Source of the DNA: Planctomycetia bacterium
GTDB lineage: Bacteria; Planctomycetota; Phycisphaerae; Phycisphaerales; SM1A02
Assembly (NCBI GenBank): GCA_005787685.1
Contig: SYAC01000062.1
Location: forward strand, 1-36,267
Length of the DNA: 36,267 bases
Reading direction: 5' to 3'
The stretch's first letter is position 1. Each line of letters opens with the position of its first letter. Under the pieces are notes generated by a model, which saw only the letters and a program-made list of their open reading frames with translations, searched no databases and was not told where the DNA came from. Positions 26,332 through 35,482 of this stretch are shown piece after piece. The translations under genes and the position numbers were made by a program.

Positions 26332-26417
26332 GCGCGTTGCACAACGCATGCAAAGCGTCATGTTGGGCGGTTGATTGAAATTGCCGGCAAGCGCGTGCAA
26401 CCACCCGCCGCGCATTC

Positions 26418-29400
26418 TCAAGCCATGGCTTCAAAATTGCGCGACGCGCCTTGCCAAGCGCGCGGTTTTTTACCCGGCGGATTCCAACCACCATGCACAG
26501 TGGCTTCACCAAAGTCCCCCAGCATGGCGCGCATGCGCGAAAGTAAATTCTGATCGGGCACCACGCGCAAGCCGCGCGCCATCATGACGACTTCGCGGCC
26601 GTCCTCCAGTTGCACACGCAACCATGTATCCACCGGCCGACCATCAAGCGCTTGCATTCCACCAGCGGCTTGTCGTAACACACCCGCCACCATGTTCCAT
26701 ACTCCGCGCAACTGCGCGTCGGTTTGTCCGACTTGGGCGCGCAAACGAATTTCTAATTTGGTGGCCAGGTATTCCTGCGCACGCTCAATGGGAATGACGC
26801 GATCCATGATAATGCTGGGTTCCGCGCGCGATTGATCCAAATGGCCTATGACCGCGACAATGCGATCGGACTGCAGGAATTCCCCATATTTGGCGAATGA
26901 CTCTGGAAAAATCACGCCATCCACTTGGCCAAAGCGATCCGACAAAGTCAACATAGCCATGCGACGGCCGGGATCACGCCCCTTCTGGCTCACCGTGGCG
27001 CGCACCCGACTGACAACACCAGCCAACACCAATGGCGTATCACCGGACATTTGCGCCACGGCGCGGCTGTCCGCCGTGCAAAATGTTTCAACCACATCTT
27101 TAAAGTCATCCAGCGGATGTCCACTCACATGAAAACCGATCGCCTCTTTTTCCATGGCCAACATGGTGGCTCGGTCCCACGGCGCAACCTGTTGCAGCAT
27201 TGAGGAGGCGGAATCTTTCTTGGCGTCCGGCGCCGCCTCATCGAATGCTCCGAACATGCTCAGCTGGCCATTGCGTTTATCTTTGGCGCGCTCTTGACCA
27301 GAGCGAATGGCCTCTGGAATGGAAGCCACCAACGCGGCGCGCGCTTGCACGCCGTGCAGCGAATCAAACGCACCGCCTTTGACCAAAGCCTCCAAGGTCG
27401 CCTTTGAAATAGCGCGCGTGTCGGCGCGATCGCAGAAGTCGAAAAAGTCTTTAAACAAGCCGTTTTTATTGCGTTCTTCCACCGCGGCGCGCACCGCGGA
27501 CTCGCCCGCACCGGCAATCGCCTGCAAGCCAAAGCGCACATGTCCATGCAGGGCGTCCACGGGTTCCCCATCTGCAAAGACAACGGCAAAATCACTTTCA
27601 CTCAAATTGATATCGGGGGGTCGAACCTCAACGCCAATGTGTGGCTTGGATTGAGTGGAATCACTCCACAAACATTTCTTGCAATCCTCCAAGTACAAAG
27701 CCCACTCCTCCAATTTGCGCGCCTGACTTTCCAAACTCAGAACCGCCGCCATATAAAATGCGGGATAGAAAGTCTTCAAATACGCTGTTTGATAGGCGAC
27801 AATGGCATATCCCGTTGAATGGCTCTTATTAAACCCATAGCCGGCAAAACGCAAAATTAAATCAAACAAATTCGCAGCGTCTTGCGAGTCCACTCCACGC
27901 GTCTGGGACCCCGCAACAAAATCAGCGCGCGCGGATTCAATCACATCGGTTTTCTTTTTACTAATAGCCTTGATAATGGTGTACGCGGCGCGCAGCGGAA
28001 TGCCACCAAGCTGATGCAGCACCTGCATGACCTGCTCTTGATACACCATGATGCCGTAGGTTTCGGCAGTCAATCGATCCACCACATCATGCAACTTGGG
28101 CACGGGTTGGCGCTTGTTTTTGCGTGCGTTGAAATCGGGGATCAAGTCCATAGGACCGGGGCGAAACAGGGCGTTTGCCGCGATTAAATCCTCCAATCGA
28201 TCAGGCTGCATGTCCACCAACAACTTGCGCATGCCGCCTGATTCAAACTGAAAAACACCCATGGTATCGCCGCGGCGAAACAGCGACAAAACGCGCTGGT
28301 CATTGGTGACAATACGATCAAGATCAATCGGATGCGCTGCGCCATCGCCCACCACGCGCCCCACCGCGCTCCAAATGGCGTCCTCATGTAAAGCTGCGCG
28401 AATCATGGTGCGACAACGCTCAATGGTGGTCAGCGTTCGCAATCCAAGAAAATCCATTTTCAACAAACCCGATTCTTCGCATGTTGGTCCATCCCATTGC
28501 GTGACCACTTCCTCGCCCGCGCTCGTGGCGCGGCACAGTGGAACAATTTCATCCAAGGGACGCGTGGCAATCACAACGCCAGCGGCGTGAATGCTGGCGT
28601 TGCGCGCGTGGCCCTCTAGCGCCAACGCGTGCTCCAACACTTTGTTGATCAACTGATCCGCTCGCATAGCATTTTTTAATTCGGGCTCGCGATCAATGGC
28701 TTCAGCGAGCGTGATATTTAATTCCCCGGGCACCAAATTAGAAAGACGCTGTCCATCCGTGGGAGTCAAACCCATCACGCGCGCGACATCTTTCACGGCG
28801 GCTTTCGCCTTCAATCTTCCAAAGGTGATGATCTGCGCCACATGTCCATATTTCTGACGCACATACTCCAGCACTCGGGCGCGGCCGTTTTGACACATGT
28901 CCACGTCGATATCGGGATATTCGTTGCGATCTGGATCGGTAAAACGCTCAAAAAGAAGCCCAAATCGCTCGGGACACGCGTTGGAAAGCCCCAGCACAAA
29001 CCCGACCATGGTTCCCACGCCACTGCCTCTGGCGATGGCCGGAATACCTTGCTGTCGCGCCCAATTCACAAAATCCCAGACAATTAAAAAATACGCGGAG
29101 ATGCTTTTGTCCGCCAAAATTTTCAACTCGCGCTCACAGCGCGCTCGAATTGCGTCAGTCACTCCATGCTCGCCGTAGCGCCACACCAAGCCCGCCTCCG
29201 CCAACTCATACAACGCCTTATCGCACTCCTTCTTTGCAGCGGCGCGATCCTTGTCGGTGGCATTGGTGGCGTCAAAGGGTTGCAATTCATACGCGCGACA
29301 AAATTCCTTGAAAATTTCCGTGGCATCGCTGACTTCGGAATTCTTGTTGCGCTTATTTTTTTTCACGCGCACAATCGGCGCGTGACTTTCACCATGCGGC

Positions 29401-30287
29401 AACTCCACATTGCAACGCTTGGCAATCAGGCACGCATTCTGCAGCGCCTCTGGAACATCCGAAAAAAGCGTGGCCATTTCCTCCGGGCTCTTCACATACA
29501 ACTGCTCCGGATACCTCATGCGATCCGGCGTGTCCTTGTTCTTGGCCAGGCTTATGCAGCACAGCGTGTCATGCATGTCATGATCTTCTTGGCGCAAAAA
29601 ATGCGCGTCATTGTCGCACACCACCGGCAATTTCAATTCCTTCGCCAACTTTTGCAACAGCGGATCAATGCGCCATTGATCCTGATTATGCCGCTGCAGT
29701 TCAATATAAAAGCGCGGCTCACCGCGCTCATTCTGCGCGAAGTTCTTGGCGTGCCACAGGGCTTCGGCGCGGGCGTCTTGCCAATGCTTTTCATCTTGAT
29801 TTTGCGCGAACAAACTCAAATGAAAGGCAATGCTTGAGCCCAAGTGTCCGTTCATGGCGATCAAGCCTTGGCCCCATTTTTCCAATGTACTTTTGTCCAT
29901 GCGCGGCTTGTAATAAAAGCCATTGAGATACGCGTCGGAACTTAACTTCATTAAGTTGCGCCAACCCGCCACATTTTCCGCCAGCAACACAAGATGAAAT
30001 CCACCATCCTTCACGCCCGTGTGCGTGCGATCACCGCGATCGCCCAGCGCGACATAGGCCTCGATTCCTAAAATGGGTTTCACGCCAGCCTCGCGCGCCG
30101 CGTTGTAAAATTCAACGGCGCCATGCAAGTTGCCGTGATCGGTTAAGGCTACGGCGTCCATACCCAATTCCTTCACGCGCTTGACCAATGGCTCCATGCG
30201 ATTGCCACCATCAAGCAAGCTGTACTCGCTATGCAAGTGAAGATGAACAAACTGCGGGGTTTGGCTAGCGTGAATATTGTCGGGCAC
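26418..30287 (-). CDS. dnaE: DNA polymerase III alpha subunit
   Basis: It has an N-terminal PHP domain (VHLHLHSEYSLLDG), a polymerase core (ITFGRLKAKAA..., GLLKMDFLGLRTL, FNKSHSTGYAIVAYQTAYLK) and an OB-fold C-terminus. The product is 1289 aa. Confidence 0.95.
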   Translation of the reverse strand: MPDNIHASQTPQFVHLHLHSEYSLLDGGNRMEPLVKRVKELGMDAVALTDHGNLHGAVEFYNAAREAGVKPILGIEAYVALGDRGDRTHTGVKDGGFHLVLLAENVAGWRNLMKLSSDAYLNGFYYKPRMDKSTLEKWGQGLIAMNGHLGSSIAFHLSLFAQNQDEKHWQDARAEALWHAKNFAQNERGEPRFYIELQRHNQDQWRIDPLLQKLAKELKLPVVCDNDAHFLRQEDHDMHDTLCCISLAKNKDTPDRMRYPEQLYVKSPEEMATLFSDVPEALQNACLIAKRCNVELPHGESHAPIVRVKKNKRNKNSEVSDATEIFKEFCRAYELQPFDATNATDKDRAAAKKECDKALYELAEAGLVWRYGEHGVTDAIRARCERELKILADKSISAYFLIVWDFVNWARQQGIPAIARGSGVGTMVGFVLGLSNACPERFGLLFERFTDPDRNEYPDIDVDMCQNGRARVLEYVRQKYGHVAQIITFGRLKAKAAVKDVARVMGLTPTDGQRLSNLVPGELNITLAEAIDREPELKNAMRADQLINKVLEHALALEGHARNASIHAAGVVIATRPLDEIVPLCRATSAGEEVVTQWDGPTCEESGLLKMDFLGLRTLTTIERCRTMIRAALHEDAIWSAVGRVVGDGAAHPIDLDRIVTNDQRVLSLFRRGDTMGVFQFESGGMRKLLVDMQPDRLEDLIAANALFRPGPMDLIPDFNARKNKRQPVPKLHDVVDRLTAETYGIMVYQEQVMQVLHQLGGIPLRAAYTIIKAISKKKTDVIESARADFVAGSQTRGVDSQDAANLFDLILRFAGYGFNKSHSTGYAIVAYQTAYLKTFYPAFYMAAVLSLESQARKLEEWALYLEDCKKCLWSDSTQSKPHIGVEVRPPDINLSESDFAVVFADGEPVDALHGHVRFGLQAIAGAGESAVRAAVEERNKNGLFKDFFDFCDRADTRAISKATLEALVKGGAFDSLHGVQARAALVASIPEAIRSGQERAKDKRNGQLSMFGAFDEAAPDAKKDSASSMLQQVAPWDRATMLAMEKEAIGFHVSGHPLDDFKDVVETFCTADSRAVAQMSGDTPLVLAGVVSRVRATVSQKGRDPGRRMAMLTLSDRFGQVDGVIFPESFAKYGEFLQSDRIVAVIGHLDQSRAEPSIIMDRVIPIERAQEYLATKLEIRLRAQVGQTDAQLRGVWNMVAGVLRQAAGGMQALDGRPVDTWLRVQLEDGREVVMMARGLRVVPDQNLLSRMRAMLGDFGEATVHGGWNPPGKKPRAWQGASRNFEAMA

Positions 30288-30383
30288 TCAAGTTCCTCTT
30301 GAAGTATGGATCAACGGACAAAGCCATGGTAATCACCTGGCGCGTCGGCTCCAATAATTTCCAGGTTGTCCACAATCACAGGC

Positions 30384-31313
30384 TTAATTCGCTGGCGCGG
30401 GACATTGCGCGGCCACCAGCTGCAGCCAGCCTTCACGAAGTTGCCCCGACAATTGCCCTGGTATGCCTGAGCCAATCTTGGCATTTTCAACGCGCACCAC
30501 CGGCAACACGCCCCACGCGGCGTTAGTTAAAAAACATTCGTCGGCGCTCAACACATCGTCGATCAGCAGCGCCTGGCTGCGCACCCGCGCGCCTTGGGCG
30601 TGCGCGATCTCCATGATCGTCTTACGCGCAATTCCAGGTAACACCGGACTCGCGCTGTCCTCGTCCCCCGCTGGCGGCGTGAGTAATTCGCCGCCCTTGA
30701 CAAGAAAAACATTGCTGGTGCAACCGCACGCCAAATGGCCGCGCGTGTCAAACCAAAGCGACTCACTGGCCCCACTTTGCGCCGCTTGCCGCAGAGCGAA
30801 CAAGCGCGGCCAGTACGCCAATGTTTTGTGCGCCGCAAAGCGATCAGAATTGGAAACTCTTTGATCAGACACCATCACGCCCACGCCGCGCTGAAACAAC
30901 TCCACGGGAAATGGGGTGGCCGCGCTGGCCACGATCAATAATGTTGGATCGGTCCGCACCGGAGCGGGTTCGGGCGTATTTGGCTTCTCAACTGGCGCCG
31001 CCTCGCGCGCGGCGCGCAACATGTTCACCACGCCGCCAGTCAAAGTAATACGAACACGCGCGTCGCTGTCACCCCACTTTTTCAACACCTCACCAACCGC
31101 CTGTGCTAGCGGTTCAATATGCAGCGAGCTCATCAATTGAAGCTCCGTGGCGCTGCGGCGTAGTCGCTGCAAATGATCTTGCAGCCGAAACACCTTCCCG
31201 TTGCGCGCCTGTAATGTTTCAAACAAGCCAACTCCATGTTGCAAGCCCGCGTCAAGCGGCGAAAGCTTTGCGTTGTCGGCACCAAGAAACGAACCATTGA
31301 ACCAGATCACCAT
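30384..31313 (-). CDS. Class IV aminotransferase (aminodeoxychorismate lyase / BCAT-like fold)
   Basis: MVIWFNGSF parallels the PabC MFLINGH start. It has the GVGLFETL motif and the class IV fold length. The start is at 31313 or 31331. Confidence 0.7.
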   Translation of the reverse strand: MVIWFNGSFLGADNAKLSPLDAGLQHGVGLFETLQARNGKVFRLQDHLQRLRRSATELQLMSSLHIEPLAQAVGEVLKKWGDSDARVRITLTGGVVNMLRAAREAAPVEKPNTPEPAPVRTDPTLLIVASAATPFPVELFQRGVGVMVSDQRVSNSDRFAAHKTLAYWPRLFALRQAAQSGASESLWFDTRGHLACGCTSNVFLVKGGELLTPPAGDEDSASPVLPGIARKTIMEIAHAQGARVRSQALLIDDVLSADECFLTNAAWGVLPVVRVENAKIGSGIPGQLSGQLREGWLQLVAAQCPAPAN

Positions 31314-31331
31314 GCCTACAAGGTAACGCAT

Positions 31332-31376
31332 GGCAAAAAGAAAGTCGGGCGTTCAAATTTGTTGAATGCCCGACTT
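31332..31376 (-). terminator. Rho-independent terminator after the anti-sigma gene, abutting the aminotransferase start
   Basis: On the minus strand, AAGTCGGGCaTTCAA-caaa-TTGAAcGCCCGACTT is followed by TCTTTTTGCC. Confidence 0.65.
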
Positions 31377-31409
31377 GGAATTGTAAATTTTAAAGGGACG
31401 AATTGCGGA

Positions 31410-32288
31410 TCAGGCCTTGCGCAACACAATTTGATTTTGATCGTCACGCACCTCAATAGACTGCATTTGGCTCATATCCATGGCCATTAACAATCCACCC
31501 GTGATCTTGCTGCCACCGATGATTTTGCCCATCTGCAGGCTTGATCCATCCTTCTTATTTATGCGGACGATGTAATCCTTGTTGGTCTGCAAACCAAAGC
31601 CAATTAGGAATGATTCATTCGTCTTAAGATTGACATAAAGAACACCTGCCATGTTCTCGTTGTTGGCCGCCACCAATGACACAGTCTGGCATGGATTGGC
31701 CAGAAACTGGCTAAAATTGGTTCCCAATTCCTGAATGACTTCGGCTTCAGTCCATTGGTTCAAGGCCATGCGATTGGAGTCCATGGCTTTGTTGGCAATA
31801 ACCGTAACCCACATGAATGTGGCCAGAAGCGACGCCGCCAAACCCACAGTCGCGGCGCGCCACGCCATGAGCGAGCGGTTCATTGAACGCACACGAATCG
31901 CACGGCGCTCAAATTGCAGGTGTTGCTCAACATCATAAAGTTGATTTGTTTCGGTTTGTTGTTCAGTGCGCGTGTTGCGCAAGGCGCCAATGGTTGCGAT
32001 GGGAGCAAGTCCCTGGCTCGCGTCATCAATTTCGGCAAGAACCGCGCCAATAACCTTGTTGCGCAGAAACGCAGGTGGCTCCTCATCCGACACCAATTGA
32101 AGATCAGAGGCAATGCTGGCTTGCAAAGCGCGAATTTCGTCTTGCACCATACGAGGCGCGTCCAGAAAGCTTCGGCTGAAATATGCGGCTTCATCAGCCT
32201 CAAGCATGCCCAAGGCATCTAAAGAAGCCATCTCAAGTAGTTCATCTCGTCGCATTGGTTCAGGAGTAGTCATTGGTTCAATCTCCAT
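31410..32288 (-). CDS. Anti-sigma factor (RskA-like: N-terminal sigma-binding helix, single TM, extracytoplasmic domain)
   Basis: ELLEMASLDALGMLEADEAAYF resembles the RskA N-terminus ELLELATPYALNAL. A TM helix lies near residue 160 (AATVGLAASLLATFMWVTVIA). The start is uncertain: TTG 32294 or ATG at 32288, 32273 or 32255. Confidence 0.7.
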   Translation of the reverse strand: MEIEPMTTPEPMRRDELLEMASLDALGMLEADEAAYFSRSFLDAPRMVQDEIRALQASIASDLQLVSDEEPPAFLRNKVIGAVLAEIDDASQGLAPIATIGALRNTRTEQQTETNQLYDVEQHLQFERRAIRVRSMNRSLMAWRAATVGLAASLLATFMWVTVIANKAMDSNRMALNQWTEAEVIQELGTNFSQFLANPCQTVSLVAANNENMAGVLYVNLKTNESFLIGFGLQTNKDYIVRINKKDGSSLQMGKIIGGSKITGGLLMAMDMSQMQSIEVRDDQNQIVLRKA

Positions 32289-32590
32289 CGGCAAAGGAGT
32301 TAAAGCCCTTTAACCTAATTTATTTGCTGCATCATAGTGATACAACAAGCACCCTTAAGGTAGGCCCCTGCAGTCCAACTTAGACCACTTACGAGGAGCA
32401 AACCTATACGCAAAAGTCGTTCAACGACCCTTGCCACTCCCTCGTTATCAATGGCATATCCGCAACCGATGACCTCTAGGCTGCAATAAATTTAAGTTTT
32501 TAAACAATTACTATTTATAATGAATTTTCGCCTAAAAAATGGCATAAACACAGGGTATGAAAGTACAAACCCAATCACCGCCAATGTCCT

Positions 32591-32624
32591 AAAAATAAAA
32601 CCTGCGAGGCAAAGCCCTCGCAGG
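32591..32624 (-). terminator. Rho-independent terminator after the ECF sigma gene
   Basis: A CCTGCGAGG-caaagc-CCTCGCAGG hairpin is followed on the minus strand by TTTTATTTTT. Confidence 0.75.
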
Positions 32625-32688
32625 TGATTATTTACAGATTTGCTCTCACAACCAGAGACGAACAAATTTCATAAATGAAAACGGCGAA

Positions 32689-33273
32689 TTAAGCCCTTTC
32701 TTCCATGGAATCATTCATTCGCTCACGCATGCGGCTCAAACCGCGGCTCAGAGCGCTTTTAATGGTTCCAAGCGGCACATTTAATTGCTCGCTGACCTCA
32801 CGAAGGGTGTGCCCCTTCAAATAGGCACGCTCTATCACTTCGCGTTGCAATTCTGGCAATTCAGCAATCTTGGCTCGAATCGCTTGGTTCCCTTCGCTGA
32901 CCGCCATTGGCTGTGACGCATGGCTCGCACGCTCATTCAATTGCTTGAAACTGCCGTTATCCGCTTCAAAACCAAGGGTTTCTGGGCGAGAACTCTTGCG
33001 ACGCAATTTGTCAATTAAATGACGCCGGGTGAGCAACATCACCCAAGTCACTAATCGCGCTCTTCGGAAGTCGAACCGATCGGCCGTCTTCCAAAGTTGG
33101 ATAAAAATTTCTTGAACGGCATCTTCGGCTTCGGCGCGACGCGTCAAAACTTGACGCGCAGATTTGAACACTAAAGCCCCAAATGCATCATATAACTCAG
33201 CGATTGCGGCTTCATCACCTGAAGCAACTTTCGACATAAAAACCCACTCTTCTTCGCCTGATTGAAAGGTCAT
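32689..33273 (-). CDS. ECF-type RNA polymerase sigma-70 factor
   Basis: Region 2 is AVQEIFIQLWKTADRFD and the region 4 helix-turn-helix is LREVSEQLNVPLGTIKSALSRG. The ATG at 33273 has an AGGAGG Shine-Dalgarno sequence 7 nt upstream, which is rare in this window. Confidence 0.9.
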   Translation of the reverse strand: MTFQSGEEEWVFMSKVASGDEAAIAELYDAFGALVFKSARQVLTRRAEAEDAVQEIFIQLWKTADRFDFRRARLVTWVMLLTRRHLIDKLRRKSSRPETLGFEADNGSFKQLNERASHASQPMAVSEGNQAIRAKIAELPELQREVIERAYLKGHTLREVSEQLNVPLGTIKSALSRGLSRMRERMNDSMEERA

Positions 33274-33461
33274 TTCCACTCCTCCTGGTTGTGCGAGGGT
33301 CCCTGAATTAGGACCAACGTTAAAGACAACCTAATACGGTTTTTGGAAAAGTCACGAAGAATTTGAAAATAATTTGTACTTTTATAAAATATGTGTCAAG
33401 ATAGTGTTGTGAGACTGGGATAGGGTGCGAGATTGTTCTCGTGAATGAAGGCTGTTATCGG

Positions 33462-34247
33462 ATGAAAAAAACCGAATACACATCTTTGACCCATTCCTTC
33501 CGACTCGTCCAATCGTCGGCTGGCTTTAGTCTGGTTGAACTTCTCGTCACACTTTCAATCATCGCGCTTTTATCTGGCATCATGATGCCAACGGTCAAAA
33601 GCGTGCGTGCTAGCGCGGAAAAATTAATGTGCGCCAACAACATGCGCTCAATTTATTACGGCATAAATGGATACGCCATCGATCGCCTGAATAGTCGCCA
33701 ATACATGCCGTCCAGTATTCCGCACGACACCAAAAATTTCAAAGACACTATGGCAATCACCGCAAAAGATTACGGACCCAAAGCCAATCAAGAGTGGGAT
33801 GGTCTTGGTCTTTTATGGCGCAATAAAAGCATGGGTTCTTATCTTGATAATTGCAAATGTTTGTACTGCCCATCCCATCATGGCGAGCATTCATATGAGC
33901 GATATAAACAAGATTTAGAGCACTCAAACAATTCCTTGTCTCCCGTCAATTTAGTTCGCCAATTATTTTGCAACTATCAATACGCTGGCGGGCGTGACAT
34001 AAAAAATGGCCTGAGAATCCCTTTCAATTCACCTGGCAACAATGTTATTTTGACTGACGGTTTACGCTCCAAGTCGGATTTCAACCACCTCAAAGGAAGC
34101 AACAGCCTGAGCAATAGCGGGGAAGTTCGTTGGCTCTACAATGAAAAGTTTCTGAATCCCAATTTCATATCGCGAATGACGGATGAAGTTACAAACGATC
34201 GATTTTCAGAAATCTGGACCAAAATTCAAAGTGAAGTTGACCGCTAA
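33462..34247 (+). CDS. Prepilin-type N-terminal methylation-domain protein, DUF1559-like (type II pseudopilin-like)
   Basis: The ATG at 33462 gives MKKTEYTSLTHSFRLVQSSAGFSLVELLVTLSIIALLSG, a classic G|F(S/T)L(V/I)ELLV pilin N-terminus. CANNMRSIYYGINGY and the C-terminal GNNVILTDG resemble DUF1559. GC is low, roughly 44% by eye. Confidence 0.7.
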   Translation: MKKTEYTSLTHSFRLVQSSAGFSLVELLVTLSIIALLSGIMMPTVKSVRASAEKLMCANNMRSIYYGINGYAIDRLNSRQYMPSSIPHDTKNFKDTMAITAKDYGPKANQEWDGLGLLWRNKSMGSYLDNCKCLYCPSHHGEHSYERYKQDLEHSNNSLSPVNLVRQLFCNYQYAGGRDIKNGLRIPFNSPGNNVILTDGLRSKSDFNHLKGSNSLSNSGEVRWLYNEKFLNPNFISRMTDEVTNDRFSEIWTKIQSEVDR

Positions 34248-34257
34248 TTGGCTTGAT

Positions 34258-35316
34258 TTACAGCGGTCGCAGCGATATTACATTCATACGATGTTTGGAA
34301 ACTCCGGGGTTGATTGTGACGCTTGAAACAGCGCGCATGTCTGGTGCAAGCAGCACATGATCTATGGACCACAGTGGAAATAGCCTCGGCCAAGAAGCGC
34401 GTAATCCAGAACCAGCCTCCGTCCATGAATCGTGAAATGTTGGAAACACCCGCGACAGAATCAGACTGCCAGGAAGCGCGTTGAAATCCCCGGCCACAAT
34501 ATCCACCGCGCCAAGATCACCGCGACGAATGGCGGCAGCAAGTTGCTGCGCCACCTGCATACGCGACAAGGTTGGCTTGCTCGGCAAATCAACCATGGCA
34601 ATGCGCAGCGCTTGCCCATTCCATGCTGGTGGACGCACAACGAACTTAGCCAACCACACCATGTCAAAGCCTTGACCAGAAACGGCAATGACACGGGCCT
34701 CTTCAATAGGAAACGCTGTCACGCATGCAAATGGTCCAGCGCCAGCGCTGAAAAATCTTGGACCAGCCCACTGTTGAACGCATTCTTGCGTGGTGATTGA
34801 ACCGCGGTTGCTGATTAAAAATAAATCCGTAGCGTACTGCCCGCGAATATTCGCAAGCGCCGTCATGCTGCGTGGATCGTTACCGCTTGGATGATCCGTG
34901 TTCCACTGCACAATGCGAATATCTTGGGTTGATGGAGCGACTCGATTTGCCCACGGCTTAAAATCTCCACGCAACGCGGCGCCAACCACCAAGGCAGCGC
35001 ACGCCAATCCGCCCCAGCGTCGCAAGCGATGTCGGCGACGATCCCCCGCCCGACAGGCCAGCCACACGCACCCAAATCCAACCAAGCCCAGAGTTGGAAT
35101 CCAGGAAATCCACTGCACCAGACTATTTCTGTCCCCAAAGATTCGCCCGATGAACCAGATTGTGAACAAGCTGAACCACGCGGCATCTAAGGCAATGGCG
35201 GCCCAATCCCAACCCGTACGGGGTGCTTTGGAAATTGGCGCTTCTTGAGTTTGAACAACCTCCTTGGTCATGCCAAAAATTCCGCGGGTGCCGCTTTGGC
35301 AGCGCTTGGATGGCAT
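34258..35316 (-). CDS. Endonuclease/exonuclease/phosphatase (EEP) family membrane protein
   Basis: There are three or four N-terminal TM helices. EEP motifs VQWNTDHP, DIVAGDFNA and SIDHVLL are present. The start is ATG 35316 or 35271. Confidence 0.7.
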   Translation of the reverse strand: MPSKRCQSGTRGIFGMTKEVVQTQEAPISKAPRTGWDWAAIALDAAWFSLFTIWFIGRIFGDRNSLVQWISWIPTLGLVGFGCVWLACRAGDRRRHRLRRWGGLACAALVVGAALRGDFKPWANRVAPSTQDIRIVQWNTDHPSGNDPRSMTALANIRGQYATDLFLISNRGSITTQECVQQWAGPRFFSAGAGPFACVTAFPIEEARVIAVSGQGFDMVWLAKFVVRPPAWNGQALRIAMVDLPSKPTLSRMQVAQQLAAAIRRGDLGAVDIVAGDFNALPGSLILSRVFPTFHDSWTEAGSGLRASWPRLFPLWSIDHVLLAPDMRAVSSVTINPGVSKHRMNVISLRPL

Positions 35317-35482
35317 GGACAGGTCGAAATTTGAATTTTAGGCGACATGACACTTCTATCGGCTTGCCAAGCCCAATTGAATGGGCTTTCTCTTGTAGGG
35401 AATTGGATTCTATTATGTTTGGCATCGCTCTTGCACTATGCAATTGTCCCCAAAAATTCGTGGACAGAAATGGAACACAACA

